From: Phycisphaerae bacterium
GTDB lineage: Bacteria; Planctomycetota; Phycisphaerae; FEN-1346
Direction: 5' to 3'
Assembly (NCBI GenBank): GCA_035527275.1
Contig: DATLBA010000004.1
Location: forward strand, 1 to 60,718
Length of the DNA: 60,718 nt
Shown: positions 55,571 through 60,718 of the stretch, one piece after another
Numbering within the stretch: the stretch's first letter is position 1
Layout of the letters: each line of letters starts with the position of its first letter
Notes under the pieces: generated by a model
What the model was told of the DNA's origin: nothing
Databases searched by the model: none
The model's input: the letters and a program-made list of their open reading frames with translations, nothing else
Position numbers and translations under genes: made by a program

Positions 55571-57055
55571 GTGCTCTGCGTCAGTCTCATGCCGGAGACG
55601 ACGGACCGGGCCCGTGAAGGGCTCATCCGGGCGGCGCGAGCGGCCGAGCCTTCGGGACGGGCCGGCCGGGTTCTGGCGGAAATCCGCCTCGACGCCATGT
55701 GCGAGTTCGACCTCGCGCGCCTTCTGGCCGACTCGCCATGCCCCGTCATCGTCACTTACCGGCCGCGGCGCGAAGGCGGCTTATACGATGGGCCCGAAGG
55801 AAAACGCCTGGAAACCCTTCGCCAGGCCGCGCGGCTCGGCGCCCGCTACATCGACGTCGAGCACGACGCGCTCCGGTCGCTCGGCGACGTGCCCCCCGAC
55901 CGCGTCATCGTCTCCTACCACAACTTCGAGCGCACCCCCGAGGACCTGGCGGTGATTCACGCCCGGCTCGCCAAAATGGGCGCCGCCGTCGTCAAGGTGG
56001 CCGTGACGGCCAACCATATTCTGGACACCGTCCCCGTGCTGCGGCTCTTGAAGGAGGCGACGGTCCCGACGATTGCCCTCTCGATGGGCGAGCGAGGAAT
56101 CCTCACCCGAATCCTCGCACCGAAGTTCGGAGGGTTCCTGACCTACGCAGCGGACAACGGCGGACGAGAGGCCGGCCCAGGCCAGGTGACCGTCGGCGAG
56201 ATGTGCAACCTGTATCGCGTCGGCCGCATCGGGCCGGGCACGCAAGTTTACGGGGTCATCGCGGACCCGGTGGGCCACAGCCTGAGCCCGCGCATCCACA
56301 ACGCCGCGTTTGCCGAGACGGACCTCGACGCCGTTTACCTGCCCCTGTGGGTGGAAGGGGACGCCGCCAAGTTCGTCTCAGGCGTCCGCGAGTTCGACTT
56401 CGACGGCTACAGCGTCACGATTCCCCACAAGCAGAGCGTCATGCGGGCGATGGACGAGATTAATCCCCTTGCTTGCCGCATCGGGGCCATGAACACGGTG
56501 CAGCGGCGGACCGACGGCTCGCTCTTCGGAACCAACACTGATATCACCGCGGGCATCGCCGCCATCGAAGCGGTCGTCGGCAAAGGCTGGCTCAAGGGCA
56601 AGCGCGCCCTCATGATCGGCGCAGGCGGCGTGGGACGGGCCATGGCATTCGGCCTCGCCGACGCCGGCGCCGAGGTCACCATCACCGACATCGACCCGAA
56701 GCGCGCCGAGAGCCTTGCGCGGGACGCGGGGGCCTCAACCTGCCCGATCGACGCCACCCAGGACCAGCCGTGCGACATCCTTCTTAATTGCACGCCCGTC
56801 GGCATGCACCCCAACACAGACGCCTCGCCGGTTCCAAAGAAAATGCTGCGGGAAGAGTTGGTGGTGTACGACGCCGTTTATAATCCGGCCGAGACGCGGC
56901 TCCTTCGGGAAGCGCGCGCGGCCGGCTGCCGCACCGTCGCAGGAATCAACCACTTCATCCGCCAGGCCGTCGAACAATTCGAGTTGTGGACGGGGCAATC
57001 CGCGCCGGTGCAGATGATGCGCGAAACCGTCCTCTCCGCCCTTGCCACGGCGTAG
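55571..57055 (+). CDS. aroE: Fused type I 3-dehydroquinate dehydratase / shikimate dehydrogenase
   Basis: EIRLD, YIDVE, SYHNF, VKVA, MGERG, then GHSLSPRIHN, SVTIPHK, GAMNT, NTD, GAGGVGRA, NCTPVGM. Start GTG 55571 (or ATG 55490). Confidence 0.9.
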   Translation: MLCVSLMPETTDRAREGLIRAARAAEPSGRAGRVLAEIRLDAMCEFDLARLLADSPCPVIVTYRPRREGGLYDGPEGKRLETLRQAARLGARYIDVEHDALRSLGDVPPDRVIVSYHNFERTPEDLAVIHARLAKMGAAVVKVAVTANHILDTVPVLRLLKEATVPTIALSMGERGILTRILAPKFGGFLTYAADNGGREAGPGQVTVGEMCNLYRVGRIGPGTQVYGVIADPVGHSLSPRIHNAAFAETDLDAVYLPLWVEGDAAKFVSGVREFDFDGYSVTIPHKQSVMRAMDEINPLACRIGAMNTVQRRTDGSLFGTNTDITAGIAAIEAVVGKGWLKGKRALMIGAGGVGRAMAFGLADAGAEVTITDIDPKRAESLARDAGASTCPIDATQDQPCDILLNCTPVGMHPNTDASPVPKKMLREELVVYDAVYNPAETRLLREARAAGCRTVAGINHFIRQAVEQFELWTGQSAPVQMMRETVLSALATA

Positions 57056-57190
57056 TCCCGCCTCTTGGGACGGAGCCGGGCCCGCCGAAACCATGCGCCA
57101 AGTCGTGACCGGAGCGCTCAACGCATAGCCTTGTTCACCCCGAGCATGGTCGAAGGGCCGGTTTCCGGGCTCCGGGTTCACACGATTCCC

Positions 57191-59485
57191 TCAAACGGAA
57201 ATGAGGTCAAGCGTCCGCCTGGCGAACGCCCGGAGGGTACTGTCGTCGATAGGGGCCTTCTCTGCCTGCCCGGGGTTAGTGTCGTGGTGATATTCCTTCG
57301 AGAAAGTGTTAATGTCCTCAAGTTCCTGGAGATGCTCTTTCCAGCCAGCTAGTTTGTCGCCAGGGCGCGCGCCCCGGATTTTCTTGATGAAATCGCCCAG
57401 CCACTCATTTGCTTTGAACTTAGGGGGGAAACGCATGCGCAGGTTCGCCTCGAGGAGTGGCCGTATGCGCCGGGCAGTGCTACGGAGATCGTCCTGTGTT
57501 CCCTCCTCCAAGTATTTAGAAAGGGCGAAGTAGTTCTGGAAGTAATGGCTTTGCGTTGCTTGCTCGATATCCCACAGTCCGAGGTTGCTGTTGTTGACTC
57601 CCTCCCTGAATATCCAAAGTGTCTTCGTCCGCGATTTATCCGACTCCCCCCAAAACTGTTGGAGAAAATATGGGTCGTGGGACATTACCACTACTTGGTT
57701 GACGCGCGAAAGAACGCGTAGAACTTCGCACCTCGTCTGGGCTTTTCGCTGACGGTCCAGGCTGCATATCGGGTCGTCGAAAACCACAATCTTACCGGCC
57801 GCGTCCGGCTCTTTTTCGAGCCGCGCGAGGAAGAAAGCGAAGGCCAACGTGCCCTTGTCTCCGGCGCTCAGCGTGTTTCTGAAAGACGGCGTTCCATCCC
57901 AGCTGTTGGGGTCGCCCAGCTCGATGGACTCGCCGTTGATTTTGAGGCAGTAATTTGAACTGGCGCGGCCCCCAGCATAACTGCCCTGCATCTTGCAAAT
58001 GCGGAAATCTGCGCCGAAGCGATCCAGTAGCGCGTTGATCTCTCCCTCGTAGCCCGGAAGCATCTTCTGAGTGAGTGCGCGAAGTTCTTCTTCCTTCCGC
58101 TGTTTCTCGGTCTGAAGCGACTTCCAGTCGGCCATGACGCGGCGATAATTAGTGCAGAGAGTATCAAGATGTGGGTTATACCGGACCTTGATGTTTTCAA
58201 GGCGCGCAAGGCGATTCTTCTCTTCCGCGAGGTTGCCTGACGCAGTCCGCTGCTTTTCGGCTTCGATGAGTCCGTTTACCTTCCGAACGTGCCCGTTGTA
58301 GTCCCCAATCAGACCGCATACCCGCCAATATTCGGCCTTGGCGTTTGTGAAAGCCTCGGCCACCTCGACCACTTCCAAAGGAGTCTGTGCCTTTTGGGAA
58401 AGGTGTGCGCGAACCTGTGGTCCTAATTCGTCGCACGCGTCTTGAATCCCTTCGAAATCAAGCGTCGGGAAGTAGGATGCTATCTTTAGACCGCCCCAAA
58501 AACGTGCCAACTCCTTGTTGTTTTGAACGGTTTTCCCAATTTTCCGTAGGGCGAACTCAGAAAGCTGTTCTGAAAGGGTTTTCTGCGCTCTTTTAATCTC
58601 CTCTTTGAAATCCTGATATGACTCCCTGAAGTAATCGCGATAGGCAGAGACTAGCTCGTTCCCTTTGACGGATTGCCCACAGAACGGGCATGCCTCGTCC
58701 TTGACGTAGTGCAGCCCTTTGCTCAGCCATGCCTCCCCATCTCGATCCATACATTGCTGCACCTGCTGCTTCACTCGTTCTTCGGCGTCTCTCGCTACGT
58801 CCTCAAGCGTCTTGCGTAGAAGTTTCTCGGTAGGGCCGGTAGGATCTTCCGGAGCAGGGAGTTCAGAAAGTGCGGGTTTTGAGCTTATTTCGCTGGCTTT
58901 TTCCAGACGCGCCACTTTCTGTTTTTGCGCGGCTATCTTGCGCTCGATTTGGTTATCAGGAGAGAGGCCGATGAACGTGTCGGCCCTCATGTCGCCAAGA
59001 ATTCTGTCCTTAATCTGCTCCTCCAAGCGTCGGCCTTCTTTCCTCTTTTCTCGGCTTTCTCGGTCGATCGCCTCGATTCTCCGGGCAATCTGCACGCCCC
59101 TTTCGCCAATGGCGAAGGTGCACAGGTTCTTCTTGTGCTCGTGATGGACATGGCGTCCAGAATAGACATTGTTCTCAATGAAATCAGAATCAAATATGGC
59201 TAGCTGGGGCAGCGTCGCGCTCCAGGTTCCATTTTTATAGGTCGCATTGCCAAACCCCAACCGGATGTACGCTTCGGGCGGCCCTGCCTGGCCGAGCGTA
59301 CGGCGTTCCTCAATGTACTTGCTTTCGCCCGTCTTCAGGGAGCGCAGGATAGCCGAAAGGGTTGTCTTACCCCTACCATTTTCGGAGTAGACAAGGGTCA
59401 GCTTCCGGAGTTCCACATCCCCTGCCGGGGTACAGTCGGCAAGCCGCCCAATGTTCTTCACCTTGATGATCTTCTTTATCATCAT
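57191..59485 (-). CDS. RloC-like (AAA_13) ABC/SMC-type ATPase with a C-terminal HEPN-like domain
   Basis: Walker A YSENGRGKT, coiled coils with zinc hook CPFCG, signature LSAGDK, Walker B/D-loop VVFDDPICSLD, H-loop SHD, C-terminal RPLLEANL...NTFSKEYHH. AT-richer than the flanks. Confidence 0.8.
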   Translation of the reverse strand: MMIKKIIKVKNIGRLADCTPAGDVELRKLTLVYSENGRGKTTLSAILRSLKTGESKYIEERRTLGQAGPPEAYIRLGFGNATYKNGTWSATLPQLAIFDSDFIENNVYSGRHVHHEHKKNLCTFAIGERGVQIARRIEAIDRESREKRKEGRRLEEQIKDRILGDMRADTFIGLSPDNQIERKIAAQKQKVARLEKASEISSKPALSELPAPEDPTGPTEKLLRKTLEDVARDAEERVKQQVQQCMDRDGEAWLSKGLHYVKDEACPFCGQSVKGNELVSAYRDYFRESYQDFKEEIKRAQKTLSEQLSEFALRKIGKTVQNNKELARFWGGLKIASYFPTLDFEGIQDACDELGPQVRAHLSQKAQTPLEVVEVAEAFTNAKAEYWRVCGLIGDYNGHVRKVNGLIEAEKQRTASGNLAEEKNRLARLENIKVRYNPHLDTLCTNYRRVMADWKSLQTEKQRKEEELRALTQKMLPGYEGEINALLDRFGADFRICKMQGSYAGGRASSNYCLKINGESIELGDPNSWDGTPSFRNTLSAGDKGTLAFAFFLARLEKEPDAAGKIVVFDDPICSLDRQRKAQTRCEVLRVLSRVNQVVVMSHDPYFLQQFWGESDKSRTKTLWIFREGVNNSNLGLWDIEQATQSHYFQNYFALSKYLEEGTQDDLRSTARRIRPLLEANLRMRFPPKFKANEWLGDFIKKIRGARPGDKLAGWKEHLQELEDINTFSKEYHHDTNPGQAEKAPIDDSTLRAFARRTLDLISV

Positions 59486-60018
59486 CCACCTCCTCTTCTC
59501 CCGCTCAGGGCGCGTAGGCGAGCGGGTAAAGGACCTTCGGCAGATGGCTCCGCTCCTAGGGACATCCGTATCGCATTATATAGGTAAGGATACAGGGGAC
59601 CGGCGTTGAATTCAAGTGAAATAAGCGTGAGCTGCCACGTTGGGTGAGATACAGCCTGACGCGTGGTCCGCTTCCGAACCCACCGGCCGAGTCGCTGCCG
59701 TTACCCAATCCGCGCCGTTCTCTACGGTCTCGGCGGTCTTCGCGGTTACAGACTACCGATCCTCGCGGTCCCAGTCGCAAGGGATTTCGTCCGTGCGGGC
59801 GGGGAGGTGATATTCGCCCGGCCCCATCACGATAGCGGCGCGCCGGGACGACGCCGGGTTGCCGTCCGCCCTTAAATCCGCAATCCGACTTCTCCATGTT
59901 CCTTCGTAGGAGCCCTTCGGGCCGCAATCACTCTCTCCCCCTGCCCGGCGAATTCGGTTGACACGGCCTTCGGCCAGAGTAGCATCAACCTCACGAACAC
60001 GGAAATGTTTATTGCAAC

Positions 60019-60046
60019 TTGACAGGCGGCCGATATGGTGTATAAT
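60019..60046 (+). promoter_or_regulatory. Consensus sigma70 promoter upstream of the NYN gene
   Basis: TTGACA-N16-TATAAT. Confidence 0.8.
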
Positions 60047-60098
60047 AACAAAGGATTACCACCCCGTCGGCTCTCAGAGCAGGCGGGTCTATGACCTC

Positions 60099-60129
60099 CC
60101 GAGGGCTGCTCCGCAGCCCTCGGTTGTTT
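60099..60129 (+). terminator. Terminator-like hairpin in the NYN leader
   Basis: CCGAGGGCTGC-TCC-GCAGCCCTCGG followed by TTGTTT, ending immediately before ATG 60131. Confidence 0.5.
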
Positions 60130-60130
60130 C

Positions 60131-60658
60131 ATGGAATCCAAAATGGACCGAGTAAGCATCTTCATCGACGGCAGCAACCTGTATCACGGCCTCAAGGGCG
60201 AGTCCGGGCGATCCGACCTGGATTTCAACCGCTTCATCGAGCGGCTGGTCGATGGTCGCCGCCTGATTCGGACCTACTACTACAACGCACCTGTCCCAGC
60301 CAGCCAGAATCCTGAACAGGCCCGCAACCAGCAAAGGTTCTTCGACGGTCTTCGCCGGATACCCTACCTGGCCATCCGACTTGGACGCCTGGAGCCGCGC
60401 GACAAAACCTTTGTCGAGAAGGGCATTGATATTGCAATCGCCGTCGATATGCTTTCGATGGCATTCCACGACGCCTATGACACAGCCGTCCTGGTGTCCA
60501 GCGACGGCGATTTCGTCAAGGTTATCGAGGCCGTCCGCGATCTCGGCAAGCATGTCGAGGTTGCCTGTTCCCGCAAGGCATACCATGTCAAACAGGCGGC
60601 CGACAAGGTCATTGAACTGAACCAAGCCTTCCTTGCCCCGCTCTGGATGAAGCGATAG
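60131..60658 (+). CDS. NYN domain (LabA/DUF88, PIN-like) ribonuclease
   Basis: IFIDGSNL, YYY, EKGIDIAIAVDM, VLVSSDGDF, GKHV, ADKVI. Start is 60131 or 60143. Confidence 0.92.
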   Translation: MESKMDRVSIFIDGSNLYHGLKGESGRSDLDFNRFIERLVDGRRLIRTYYYNAPVPASQNPEQARNQQRFFDGLRRIPYLAIRLGRLEPRDKTFVEKGIDIAIAVDMLSMAFHDAYDTAVLVSSDGDFVKVIEAVRDLGKHVEVACSRKAYHVKQAADKVIELNQAFLAPLWMKR

Positions 60659-60718
60659 CGCCGCTGCAGCCTTGCCTTGTGGATTTCGGGGGACTCCATT
60701 CTGCTTTCGGTTTTCCGA

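Noticed and set aside
59486-60018. Hidden gene (antitoxin or regulator) between the RloC-like and NYN genes
   Set aside because: The ORFs here (59556..59927 -, 59644..59835 +, 59663..59875 +) have no SD, motif or protein-like composition. A non-coding role remains possible.

Overview
High-GC bacterial chromosome segment. It is most likely from an anaerobic Planctomycetota member (Phycisphaerae-like); this is an inference from the PheT lacking its tRNA-binding insert, the URO-D-family and DUF362 Fe-S proteins, and the repeat types. Most of the window is housekeeping: pheT, tRNA-fMet, cmk-plsC-ispH, pyrK-pyrD, rimO-pgsA, rpsF-ssb-rpsR-rplI-dnaB, tRNA-Gln-glmU-prs-rplY-pth, ilvD, def-fmt-DUF116-rsmB, rpsT-aroDE and rho. 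Accessory features are concentrated at 3-10 kb, 16.3-16.9 kb, 29-31 kb, 35-36 kb and 57-60.7 kb. Main observations: (1) a radical SAM gene (8389..9990) retaining the metal-binding motifs I recall for archaeal tetraether synthase Tes/GDGT-MAS, in a window that also holds a second lipid-candidate radical SAM, a UbiA prenyltransferase, PlsC and two CDP-alcohol phosphatidyltransferases; (2) an intact, mosaic, C-terminal-domain-only DnaB paralog directly behind dnaB; (3) three independent cases where the 3' part of a gene is duplicated 1-2 kb downstream (lipoprotein, pyrD, dnaB), twice bracketing another gene; (4) a tandem HD-GYP duplication with an unusual Cys-rich membrane sensor and an exact in-frame 426-bp microhomology deletion; (5) a small GIY-YIG (Ssn-like) nuclease flanked by inverted stem-loop repeats with compensatory changes; (6) an RloC-like ABC-ATPase/HEPN defence gene, and a NYN ribonuclease gene with a consensus promoter and a terminator-like leader. 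No CRISPR array, rRNA, integrase or transposase was seen. All family assignments come from motif recognition by eye, not database searches. Several starts were moved downstream of the ORF-track starts using SD sites.
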